This document shows, piece by piece, positions 14,214-26,455 of a DNA stretch of 64,000 nucleotides. The notes beneath the pieces were generated by a model that was not told the DNA's origin, searched no databases, and was given only the letters and a program-made list of their open reading frames with translations. This DNA is from Eledone cirrhosa (lineage: Eukaryota). Position numbers and translations under genes: made by a program. Numbering within the stretch: the stretch's first letter is position 1; every line of letters starts with the position of its first letter. The DNA lies in assembly GCA_964016885.1 (NCBI GenBank), contig OZ024745.1, positions 18,166,001-18,230,000 on the forward strand, written 5' to 3'.

Positions 14214-15576
14214 ATATGAAAAACAGGGAGAAAGAGACGATTGTTAGGAAGAAAAATATATTTTTTTCCTTTTTTATTTATTTCTCTCTTTTTTTCTGGG
14301 TTAGAGAATGATTACAACGAAATGTTTTACTTTGTGTGAAGTTTTAAGGTATTAGTTGATTTATTTATTAATTAACAATGGCATTTATTTATCTATTTAT
14401 ATATTTAATAATTGTCTATTACCGGTTTCAAAATGTGTATGCATTATCAAATGACAGTGATATGTATTAGTGTAGAATGGTGGTGTCACTTATGTTAAAG
14501 AAATGGTGCAGAAAGAATAATGTTATTTACAAACAAGGTTTATGAAGTGAAAAGAAAAAAGAAAAAGAAAAAAGAAAAAAAGAAAAAAGAAAAAAGAAAA
14601 AAGAAAAAGAAAAAAAAAAGAAAAAAGAAAAAAGAAAAAAGAAAAAAGAAAAAAGAAAAAGAAAAAAGAAAAAAGAAAAAAGAAAAAAGATAAAAAGGGT
14701 CGTAATATAGAGCATAAAAATTCGATGTGAAAGAAAAAATAATGTTATTTACAGGCATAGTTCTTGAAGTTAAGCAGATCAAAATGTGTTAATATAGCAA
14801 GGGTGCTTTGCTGATCCATGATTCCATGATGGAGGCAAATGGTGGACTGAGGTTTGATATGATTTCTCTTTTTAGAGAGTTAATATGCAGGGGGAGCCAA
14901 TTCATGCTACAAGATAGACACTACAACTTCTCTCACACCAGGAGTAACCATAGAATCCCCCACACTTACAACCCCCATAACATCCCCACACAACAAACCC
15001 ACAACCATCATTACTTCCAACATAGAGCCCAAAATACACAACTACTACACATGTGACACAGGGCCTCACAACCACATACCAGCTAGAAGGAAACCCTAAT
15101 CTACCATCCCCACTAACCACATCCTACTACAACAACACCAGCAGGGGACAATACAACCACACGAGATACCCTAACCACTACAACCACCATAGCTACACAC
15201 CATATAACAGCAACAGCAGGACTCAATATAACCACACTTTTTTCTGTTCATTTTATAAACCTTGTTTGTAAATAACATTATTCTTTCTGCACCATTTCTT
15301 TAACATGTGTGACACCACCATTCTACACTAATACATATCACTATCATTTGATAATGCCTACAAATTTTGAAACCGGTAATAGACAATTATTAAATATATA
15401 AATAGATAAATAAATGCCATTGTTAATTAATAAATAAATCAACTAATACCTTAACACTTCACACAAAGTAAAACATTTCGTTTTAATCATTTTCTAACCC
15501 AGAAAAAAGGAGAGAAAGAAATAAAAAAGGAAAAAAATATATTTTTCTTCCTAATAATCGTCTCTTTCTCCCTGTT

Positions 15577-15585
<9 letters not shown>
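14214..15585. mobile_element. PLE-like remnant with about 345-bp inverted arms
   Basis: 14214-14560 is the inverse of 15238-15585; arms hold TTGATAA...GAAAC-CG-GTA (15348-15378), a degenerate hammerhead core; a purine-rich (GAAAAAA)n expansion lies inside. Confidence 0.65.
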
Positions 15586-15618
<33 letters not shown>

Positions 15619-15624
15619 AAGTTT

Positions 15625-15725
15625 GTCCTCATCAGTGGCCTTCCAACCGTCGTAGGCATTTCGTCGCATTAAAGGCCATATACCTCAGGTTGGTGCGAGC
15701 AACGGCTAAAAAAAGTCGTTGGGAC
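15625..15725 (-). ncRNA. Non-circularly permuted hammerhead ribozyme, copy 1
   Basis: Minus RNA: GUCC-hairpin-C-UCGCA-CCAACC-UG-AGGUAU-A-UGGCCUU-UAA-UGCGA-C-GAA-AUGCCU-ACGAC-GGUUGG-AAGGCCA-CUGAUGA-GGAC; core intact. Confidence 0.8.
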
Positions 15726-15829
15726 ACGTAAATAAGGGGGACGCTAGGGTAAACAAACAAAATGGTTTAAGCAACAGAAAGTGATGAAGAAGAAACAAGT
15801 CCCAGATTTCTATGAATATAAATTCGGTG

Positions 15830-15909
<80 letters not shown>

Positions 15910-16468
15910 ATCAGAGTTTGAATATGAAGGAGTGATGTTAGAGCTGGAGAATCTTACATGCATTATTTTCAACTCTATGTATTAATAGCTGCATAGTTTC
16001 TTTTTTATCCTCACGTAATCATTCCATGAGAGTAACTTGGTCAGCCTATGAACTTTTCAGCCGACCCTCGTATTTGGAATATATTTAATTTGGATGATTC
16101 ACGCTAAGTTTCTGAAGAATTTGTGTTCCAGGATGGTAAGGGACAAACACTAATATACACACAAACCCACGCGCACGCAGGCACACGAGCGTGTGGTATT
16201 CTTCAGATTTATATTGGTTGTTCTGAGAGATACGATGTATGATGCTTCGAAGTAGCACCTGGCTACATTTGTCAATCCATTTGGGGTATTCAACCGATTT
16301 TCGGACCTCCTGTCTGTTGCTACCAACTCTGTTTATCGTTATTTCTACGTTCTGTACGAATTTCGAACACCCTCATCGATTTGAAAGTTCAACACTCTAC
16401 ACACAAATAAATTCATATATATGTATATATTTACCCTAATTTCTAAGGCAGTGTTCACGGCTATTTTG

Positions 16469-16503
<35 letters not shown>

Positions 16504-17033
16504 CGTTCTGTGTGTGTGTGCGCGCGTGCGCGCGTGTGTGTGTGTGTGCGCGCGCTTATGTATTTCTGTATATATATATATATCTATATTTTTTTTTAAG
16601 TTCAACCTTTTCGCAATGCGCACTTTCTGTACATGTGAAAACTCATTCAAATGTATGGTTCTTGGGAAACTGATATATGCAATTGTTAATTGTTTTTATA
16701 TTAACTCAGTCTATGCATTATTGATTACATTTTATTTCTTTATTATATTTTAGTATTTTACTTCCTAGAATACAAACCTAAAAGGAAATGTCGACCTCAT
16801 TCGACCCCAGTACATGCTAGATATTATTTTATCAATTGCTGAAAGCAATTTGAAATCATTCATCAATACTTCAAAGTATAAAATATATCTTTTTGTAGTA
16901 ATGCCGCTTAAAATGTGTGTAAAGACCTCCTTCGGCATTTTAGTGTTATCACATATATATTCATTGTAATCTTAGTTCTTTTATGAATTATGTCCATATC
17001 GAACGCTATTTAACTTGAAGATATGAGTTCAAA

Positions 17034-17357
17034 TGTGAAGGCGCATGACTTTGTGGTTGCGGTATTCGGCTGACAATCGTAAGGTCGTGAGGCCCATTCC
17101 CGACGGTGCGTTTTGCTTTTGAGCAAGACACTTTATTTGATGTTGCTCCAGTCCACTCAGCTGGTAAAAATGAGTTGTACATAAAATTCAAATGGTCAGC
17201 TTTTTCCCGTTTGGTGTCCTGCTGAATCTCCCTGATAAATGCGTTATGGGTGCGCGTGCCTGTGGAATTGGTCAGCTATTTACACATTAATTTCACGAGC
17301 AGGTTGTTCCTTGATCGGAGCAACTGCAACACTCGTCGTCGTAACCGGCGGAGTGCT
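17034..17357 (+). mobile_element. tRNA-derived SINE with CORE-like domain
   Basis: GTGAAGGCGCATG...CAATCGTAAGGTCGTGAG...TTTGAGCAAGACACTTTATTT...GCTCCAGTCCACTCAGCTGG; homologous to 10918-11136. Confidence 0.8.
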
Positions 17358-18539
17358 AGTATTGTATAAGTTCAAATAAAATGCAGTCATATGTTTCATA
17401 TAACTGAAATTATCTACTTTTATATTCAATATATTTTCAATCATATATAGAGAAATAGATGTGGAAGCCGACAAGGTCTCTGACTGTGTTTTCAAGAAGT
17501 GAAACAGTTTTTACTCAAACTGGGGACCTAACCCATCGTATTCCAGCATATCATCACCGAATTTATTAAAATTATTCCATTTCAGTCAATACAAAGTATC
17601 CTCATAATAAACGCTAATCAAAGGACTTTCGCACTACATGTCGCAAATTGAGGATGAAGCTACTACGTTTGTTGACTGTAATTAAGCATTTTGGATCGTG
17701 GTATTATGAATATAGGAGTTTAACAGCAGGTGGAAATAGAGTGGGCTTGTCATAGGCGTATACTCTGCATTTCAAATCTGGCGAAGTACGTTTCAGTTAA
17801 TGTGTGATTACAGAGGATTTATTCCAAACCAAAATGAGTTTCAGCTGAGAAAAAGTATAGATCCCAGTTTAGGATTGATAATTTAGGTATTGGCTTCGAA
17901 AATATGAAATACAAAGATGACATCGGTGACAGAATATGGGATATTTTCCAACACAGTCATATATTTCCAGTCTACATTGTCAACATAATGTTGATAGCTA
18001 TTTCATACCACCAGAAAAAAAGACGTTTGAATTCAGAACCTATAACACAAAATTTATATAATAAAATAATTATTTATTTTGTAAATTATATAAGATAGTT
18101 TACATACTCGTAAAACCGCCACAAATTTCGAGTCTACATGTAAACTTGTGCACCTAGATTCAGTATATTCTGTCAAATAATTTTATTACAATAATTCTTC
18201 AGAAGATGGGAAAATATGTACAAAGTTTATTAAAAATCAAGTTATGTACTTTCAATCCATGTTGTTTTATATCTTATCTCAATGATATTCCCCCTTCATC
18301 TACAACACGTAAAATCGATAAATATTTCTCTTTTCTCATCATATAAAATTCTATGCTTTCCAAAGTACTTCTAAAATTTCCATATGTCAACAAACACAAT
18401 TTGGCATATTGTGCATTGTTAAAGTTACTATGTTTACATTATCCAGTTCATGTGTATATATAACAGTTTCAACACATAAATATTAACATCGTATATACAG
18501 AGAGAGCAAATATTGTCACTTTACCAGTCTACCATATGC

Positions 18540-18637
<98 letters not shown>

Positions 18638-19041
18638 TTAAGAGAGAGAGATGCGCAATATAAACATATTTCCTTAGGCATATGTATATATACAAATACA
18701 TGCGCACGCGAGGTTATATACGTATATAGACACCAGTACACACATGTATGTATGTATGAATCTATATGTATGTATATATGTGTATGTATGTAAGAATGTA
18801 TGCACTATGTATGTATTGAGTGATGGGGGCGGTGAGTGAGGAAGCCATATGCGAAGGAATAATAAGGCCAGGGTTGGATATCTGCCTGGTGGGTGTACTG
18901 ACAGCAGACGAGGAACGCGTTGAGATTTGTTACTAAAATGGAGACGATTGTGGTAGAGATATGGACGATGGAATAGGCGAGGTCTGTGTGGCAAATGGGA
19001 TAAAGAAATATTAAATGCATATATATATATGAATAAAGTTA

Positions 19042-19143
19042 GTCCTTCATCAGTGATCTTCCAACCTTCATTGGTATTTCATCGCTTTAAAGACCATATA
19101 CCTCCGGTTGGTGCGAGCAACGGCTAAAGAAAGTCGTTGGGAC
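19042..19143 (-). ncRNA. Non-circularly permuted hammerhead ribozyme, copy 2
   Basis: Same layout as copy 1; stem I UGGUCUU/AAGAUCA, stem III GGUAU/AUACC, 10.1-11.1 pair A-U; core intact. Confidence 0.8.
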
Positions 19144-19344
19144 ACGTAAATAAGGGGAACGAGCGAGACTGTAAACAAACAAAGATGGTAAAGCAACGAA
19201 AAGTGAGGAAGAAGAATTCTAGTCCCTGAATGTATATATATGTATATTTATGTATATATATATATATATATATGTTTATCCCGTGTTCAATCGGGGGTGA
19301 TCACAATAAGTAAGGTACTCAATACATAGCAGAGTATAAATATT

Positions 19345-19468
19345 TAATATAGAAATGGCTTCTACAGGACTAGAGCTGTTTCATTCGGGAGAAATCATCA
19401 GGAGTCCTGATGGGCTTCCTAATAATTCCGCTCGAATGAAACAGTTCTAGTCCTGTAGAAGGCATTTC

Positions 19469-19473
<5 letters not shown>
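19345..19473. mobile_element. Short palindromic element with a hammerhead in each arm
   Basis: Arms are inverse; composite core ggcttc-CTGATGA-ttc..gaa t-GAA-acag ctctagtc ctgt-A-gaagcc (right arm core decayed to CTAATAA). Confidence 0.7.
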
Positions 19474-19524
<51 letters not shown>

Positions 19525-19726
19525 GAAATACAGAAACTCGGATCCGGGTACCTTATAGGCACCCGTTTTACGTGTGTTGTATTGAGGCAAATAACTATGT
19601 GTATACTCTGGTAATGCATCTTACATTGACCATGGAGTGCGCTGAGATACAACGGTACTGGCATTGATAAATACGCTAGGACCGTCGACCCTTATTATTA
19701 TATATATATTATATATATATATTAAC

Positions 19727-19830
19727 CCCAGGTTAACTTTGCCTTTCATCCTTACGGGGTCGATAAAATAAAGTACCAGTAATGCACTGTGTGATTGCTG
19801 GCCTTGTGCCTAAAATAGAAACAATTATTA
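19727..19830 (+). mobile_element. SINE 3' fragment (octopus-type)
   Basis: CTTTGCCTTTCATCCTTACGGGGTCGATAAAATAAAGTACCAGT...GGCCTTGTGCCTAAAATAGAAACAATTATTA. Confidence 0.7.
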
Positions 19831-20411
19831 TATATATATATAGTACTAAAAGTGTGTGATTACTTGCGTGCTTGTCTGTAATGCAATACGACCAAAAGGG
19901 CGCATAGTGGGAAAATACTTTGAAAGGAAGATGACCCTGAAATGGGAATATAAATAGAATAAAACAAGTTTTGCGTAAATCCAAACACAGGTTCCCGAGA
20001 TATGGAGTTTTCTGGGTACCTTCATAAACAGGGAGAGAGAAGGAGAGAGAGAAAGTGATAGTGGTTGTGAGAGAGTAGCTTGAAAGACAGACATAGAGAG
20101 AGGGAGAGGAGACAGAGAAGGAGAATGGAAGAGAGAGAGAGCTGTTGTGTATATATATATATGTAAGTGTGTGGTGTATATATATGTGTGTGCGTGTGTC
20201 TATGATCAGTGTATATACATCACAGACAGCCACACATATATATATGTACATACACACACGTATATACATATATATATGGGCCTTCCCCTTTCATTTCACA
20301 TTATATACATGTCTGTGTATATTTTAATTAGTTAAAAAATATTTTTAAGTGAACATGATTTTTTTTTTATATTTCGAAAGGAACGTGACTCAACAGGTCA
20401 TGGGTAGCCTA

Positions 20412-20502
<91 letters not shown>

Positions 20503-20507
20503 TATAT

Positions 20508-23500
20508 ATTGTTATACTTGGGGAGGGTCATATTGTTGTAATAATATTGCCAGAATTAATAACAGAACACACTCACTGCTTGGTTGGTTTTCGCTTCTGT
20601 GTCTTTTAAATCGGTTAATTTAATTTATTTGGTCCTCAATGTTACCATTGACTGACCAACGGGCAAAAATACAGATATAATACAGACACAAACACGTATA
20701 TAGTCTAACAAAGTTCTTTCGTTGCACATCTACAACATCGCCAGTGGTGCTATTATGTTTCCTCCCGTTGTATTGTATGCCTACGCCATCTTTATTTAGT
20801 CTGTTTATTTATTTATTTATTTGTTTGTCTTCTCTGCGCTTGCGTTTGCGTGTGTGTGTATAGTGTTTTGTTTGATGTGTGTTCGTGTTTGTGTGACTGT
20901 GTATTGGTTATTGTATTCTATCTTAGTTTACTAGTGTGTGTTTATATGTGTATTGTTGTTATTGTGCTTGTGTATGTATTTATTTATTTATTTATACTCT
21001 CTTAGGTCAGTATTGTTTGTGTGGGTATTGTTGTTATTCCATTCATTTTTTCTGTTTAGCCTTGGTCTTCTAAGTTCTATTTCGCTGGCCTCTCTGATTT
21101 GCCTATCTGCTGGGTCATTTCTATGTTTAGATATCATTCTAATTTCTATGTTGTCTATGTTACCGTCGTGTTGTTGTATGGCATGTTCATATAGTACTGA
21201 ACCGTTTTTTCGTCCTTTTTAGTTCCCCCAGTGTTGGTCTATCCTTTCACCTATGCTACGAGCTGTCTCGCCTATGTATGTTGTTGTCATGTTGCTGCAA
21301 GTACCCTCTGTACAATTTTATGCTATAGACTACGTTTCTAGTTTTACAGTTTATCCGGGGGTTTACCTTACATATAATACATTTCCTATTAGTACAGTGG
21401 GTTTTCTTTAAAGGGTAGGTTTTGCAAATCAGGATTTTATGGTGGTTCCTGGCTTTTCTACCACCTTAATCTTTAAGTGGGTCTTTCTCAGGGCATTTCT
21501 ACACTGGTTAACTAATTTCCCTCCAGGGGTAGCGTCCACAAACATGACACTCTGGTATCTCTGGTTGTCGTACCATGAAGTGGCTTTCCCTATCTTATGT
21601 CTAGTCCTATCTAAGCTATTCCATGATTTGCTCCTGTATAATGGGCAAATTCCTTTCATGGCCAGTTCTATGAGGGTCTTATACTTCTCTGTGGCTCCTT
21701 CGTATACTCTGATTCTGTCTCTTTGGTTATAGCCAGAGAACTGCATGCGGTTGATGAAGTGTTGGGTGTGTCTTTCCATTTCTGTTAGGTCGCACATGCG
21801 GGACATGTTCTTCATCACTCGTAACAAGTCTGCGATCAGAATATTAAACTTAGCACTACTGGACATTGCTGAGTTTTTGAGTATCAGGTATTTGGAGGCC
21901 ATGGGTTTAGCATAGTGTGAGTGGAGAATTTGGGCTCTCTCGTCTATAGTGTTAATCCAGACTTCCGTGTCTAATACAGGTAGTCTATTGTTAGGGTGTT
22001 TGGAAGGGTAGTCGACAGTTACAGTTATACTCTGATGTATGGAATTAGCTATCTGCTGGATGCTTTCCATTGTGCTACGTTCTAAATCAAACTTGTTAGT
22101 ACTCTCTTGTGGGGATGTCCTTATTACTATATTGATGTCGTCTACGTAACGAGAGTACATGATGGGGTCTATGGAGTTCTCATCGAGGAGATCTTTGAGT
22201 CTCCTTTCCCACCATACCATAAAAAGGTTGGCAATGTCACCAGCTATGCTGACTCCAAAGGCTGCTCCCTCATTTTGGGTGTAGATTCTCTCGTTGAATT
22301 TGAATATGTGGTCCTTTAGGGTAGTTTTGATACTAGCACCTATTGCATGTGCGACCATTTTTCTTACCTGATCATTGTTGGGCGGTCCGTATAGATTTGG
22401 TCCACCCAATCCACCTTCCCATGGAAGTCTTCTTTACCATTGAGGTTATGGTGGGGGGTCTACGTCTTATGGGACTACTGGGGCAGAAACGTCTAAGGTC
22501 ATGGCTGTCTAGGTAGTCAGTGTCATAGGTAAGTCTATGTAGGAAGCCCAGTTCGTCTGTGTCGACGTCGCAGAACTCCACCTCAATCTCAATGATCATC
22601 TCCACACATTTTTCCACAGCAAAATCAATGTTAATGGATGGGTACAGTGTACCACATCCATACTGCCTATTTTGCAGTTGGATAGGTTCCTGTGTTTGTT
22701 GCACTCACTCAGTCTGCTGAGGAGGTGCTCTGTACTGTCACATACATCTCGGGACATCTTGATTATGGGGCGTATAACCATTGAGAGGAAGTAGGAGATC
22801 CTGTAGTTGCTAGCTATATTTGCTCCGCATACAGGTCTTGTTGGTGTTCCTGTTGTCGGGTCGTCGACTGTCTTGTGGTCATTGCGGAGCTCATACAAGG
22901 GTGGTATGCCATTGTTGGATGCCTGGAAGTTGTTGGCAGTGCGTCTGCTTGGCTTTAGGATGTCGGTCCACATCATCATGTGAGCGTTGAGGATTTTCTC
23001 TCTCCCAACATGTATTTGCTGTACAATTTCGTTCGTGTTGCTGATGTGCGGTTGCATAGCCTTGATGTAGTTCGGCATGCTGTCTATTGACATACTACCA
23101 GACTTATCCGTGGGTACACATACTACCTCACCATCCCTTGTGCGCTGCTTGAGGCTAACCAAGCCTTCTACAGGTTTCTTCCCAAGTTGTTGGACCTCTG
23201 GTCTGCTCTGTCTCTTAGTATACCGGTCTACTATGTGTCTAATCTTATTTCTAGCTATATCTAAACATAGAAATGACCCAGCAGATAGGCAAATCAGAGA
23301 GGCCAGCGAAATAGAACTTAGAAGGCCAAGGCTAAACAGAAAAAATGAATGGCATAACAACAACAACCAAACAAACAACACTCACCTAAGAGAAGTATAA
23401 ATAAATAAATACATACACAAACACAATAACAACAAACACATATAAACACACACTAGTAAACTAAGATAGAATACAATAACCAATACGCAGTCACCCAAAC

Positions 23501-23943
23501 ACGAACACAAATCAAACAAAGCACTATACAAACACGCAAACGCATGCGCAGAGAAGACCAAAAAAAAAAAAAATAAATAAATAAACAGACTAGATAAAGA
23601 TGGCGTAGGCATACAATACAACGGGAGGAAACATAATAGCACCACTGACAATGTTGCAGATGTGCAACGAAAGAACTTTGTTAGACTATATATATGTGTT
23701 TGTGTCTATATTGAATCTGTATTTTTGACAGTTGGTCAGTCAATGGTAACATTGAGGACCGAATAAATTAAATTAACCGATATAAAAGACACAGAAGCGA
23801 AAACCAACCAAACACTGAGTGTGTTCTGTTATTAATTCTGGCAATATTATTACAACAATATGACCCTCCCCAAGTATAACAATATTTGTTTCGACACACG
23901 ATTTCATATAAAAAATCTCGCAAAACTAATTCATCGCCGTTAA
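20508..23943 (-). mobile_element. Penelope-like retroelement with inverted pseudo-LTR, inserted in (TA)n
   Basis: 20508-21135 is the inverse of 23257-23883; RT and GIY-YIG coding remnants lie between; pLTR has a hammerhead remnant. Confidence 0.92.
20990..23256 (-). pseudogene. PLE polyprotein: RT, Cys-rich linker, C-terminal GIY-YIG (5'-truncated, frameshifted)
   Basis: PTDKSGS, PTRPVCG, SMDV..LYPSI, QNEGAAFGVSIAGDIANLFM, YSRYVDDI, LPVLD; then CTNRKCIIC..CKTRNVVYSIK-C..C..YIGETARSIGERI..H..REASEI..LN. Confidence 0.9.
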
Positions 23944-23958
23944 ATATATATATATGTA

Positions 23959-24292
23959 TATAAAGAAAAAGGGATGAAATCGAAAATGCAACTGAAGTCT
24001 TATTTTTTTTAAAAATATATATATTTATTTGGTTCCTTTACCGGTTTCGCAGTTCTTCTGATGGAAGGAAAAACCACAGATGTGAGAAAAACCACAGACC
24101 CTCCATCTCAACTCACCTTTTGAAAAGCAGAAGAACTGCGAAACCGGTAAAGGAACCAAATAAATATATATATTTTTAAAAAAAATAAGACTTCAGTTGC
24201 ATTTTCGATTTCATCCCTTTTTCTTTATACTTCTACTCGTGTAGGACACCTCGGTTATTTTTCATTTTGTAAAAAAAACCTCACTTTCTAAT
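23959..24292 (+). mobile_element. Asymmetric palindromic element, family C, with U3-A8 hammerhead
   Basis: Arms 23959-24060 and 24128-24229 plus tail; cctt-TTGAAAA-gcag aagaa ctgc-GAAAC-cg-GTA-aagg at about 24116-24152. Confidence 0.8.
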
Positions 24293-24325
24293 ATATATAT
24301 ATATATATAAATATATATATATATA

Positions 24326-24607
24326 TTTATTAAAATAACAGATTAAAATTTAAGCAAATAATTGCTGCTTTCACCCTTAACGGGATCTTATGAAACGAAC
24401 AAAGTCAATCTGTAAACGCAGAAATCTGCGTTTACAGATTGACTTTGTTAGTTTCAGAAGATCCCGTTAAGGGTGAAATCACCGATTCTTTTCTTGAACT
24501 TTTATCTGTTATTTTAATGAATATTTGCTCTACAGTTCTTATATATTTGATATATATTTATCCTTATCGAGCCCTGTTTGTATTTTAGTCTTCAAATTTA
24601 ATATGAT

Positions 24608-24610
<3 letters not shown>
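24326..24610 (+). mobile_element. Asymmetric palindromic element, family B
   Basis: Arms meet at GTAAACGCAGA AA TCTGCGTTTAC (about 24422); tail ...ATCGAGCCCT...GTCTTCAAATTT is shared with the 38.8 and 55.2 kb copies. Confidence 0.8.
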
Positions 24611-24700
<90 letters not shown>

Positions 24701-25167
24701 ACTTTGATAACTTTGATAGGTTTCGACCAGTATTGGCCGAGGCCATGTCTAACTTAATAGCACCACCTGGTACTAGCACACATTTCATTTGCTACTAGTT
24801 AAAAGACATCGCCTACTGAGTTATACCTGAACTTCAAGTCCATTAATTCTATCTTGATTTTTTACCCACGATAATTTGTGGATTTTTCCTATGAAATTTG
24901 AAACAGCTGACAAGTAATATAAGTAATATTTTTATATAAGCATTACTTTTTAACTTGTCAAATGTATTACAATGTATAATTATGAATTATTTATGTAGTA
25001 TTGTTGCATAAGTGTGCTCCGGAATGTGCTTCGTAGCATCTTCCATTGACATTTTTACAGAACAATGAAATCCAGATGTTTTTATTTCAATATATCTTTC
25101 ATATATAATATAATGCATATACGTGTGTGTGTATGTCTGTGAGTTCCACTATTATTTTATCTTATAA

Positions 25168-25211
<44 letters not shown>

Positions 25212-25279
25212 ATATATATTGATATCTGCGGATTACAGACAAAAGAAAATGTGTATGTGCTTCTTCATTGTGCGTTATG

Positions 25280-25311
<32 letters not shown>

Positions 25312-25478
25312 TATATATTTATTTATTTATAAATGTATCTAAAACTTTAATATATATATTTTTTCTTATACTTTGATACATAAATATTATATATATATAT
25401 ATATATACATATATATATACATATATATATAGTTTTATACATATATATATATATAGTTTATAGACATATATATATATA

Positions 25479-25602
<124 letters not shown>

Positions 25603-25792
25603 ACATACGTATATAAACTTTTAAAGCACTACAAGAACAATTGTGTTCATTAAAACATGACCATGCAACATCTTGATTAGCTAATTTAAAAATATATATT
25701 ATTTTGTGTGGATATATTTCTGTATATATTGTTCTTTTCTCATTCAATTTACCTACAACACACATCTATATATATATATATATATATATACA

Positions 25793-25840
<48 letters not shown>

Positions 25841-26365
25841 CGTGTACGTATATGCATAATTGTGTGTGTGTTTCTCATAATATTTCTCATTGTATGTGAG
25901 CAAGAGGCGTGCGATTGTTTGATATTAAGTGAAAATTGTCTCTTTTATTCATTTAAATCAATAAAAAATAGAGATGAATTTTTAGCTGCTTTTCAGGCTT
26001 TTCAGTTAATTAATTTGCCTTCAAGACTGTTGGAAAAACGTTAAAATGAAAATATAAGAATACACCACGAAATAGCATATAGAAACAATAATAATAATAA
26101 TAATAATAGTAATAATAATAATAATAATAATAATGTTGATGATTTTGATAAAGAATGTAATAATGACGATAATGATAATAAAATATTAGAACAATTTTCT
26201 TCATATTGTTAATAAGTTCTTGTTAATGATAGCACATTTTATATTTTGCTATTGTGTTGATTATAATTTTCTAAACTATTAATTCACTTATTTTCTTTTT
26301 CTCTCCCTAACACTATCTATCTCACTACATCTCTCCCACCTCCTTTTCTTTCTTTCCATACATAC

Positions 26366-26455
<90 letters not shown>

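Noticed and set aside
15625-15725. Pistol or HDV-like reading of the + strand of the permuted family
   Set aside because: No P1 hairpin or AAA linker for pistol and no GG for HDV P1.1; the minus strand has the complete hammerhead core and favourable G-U pairs.
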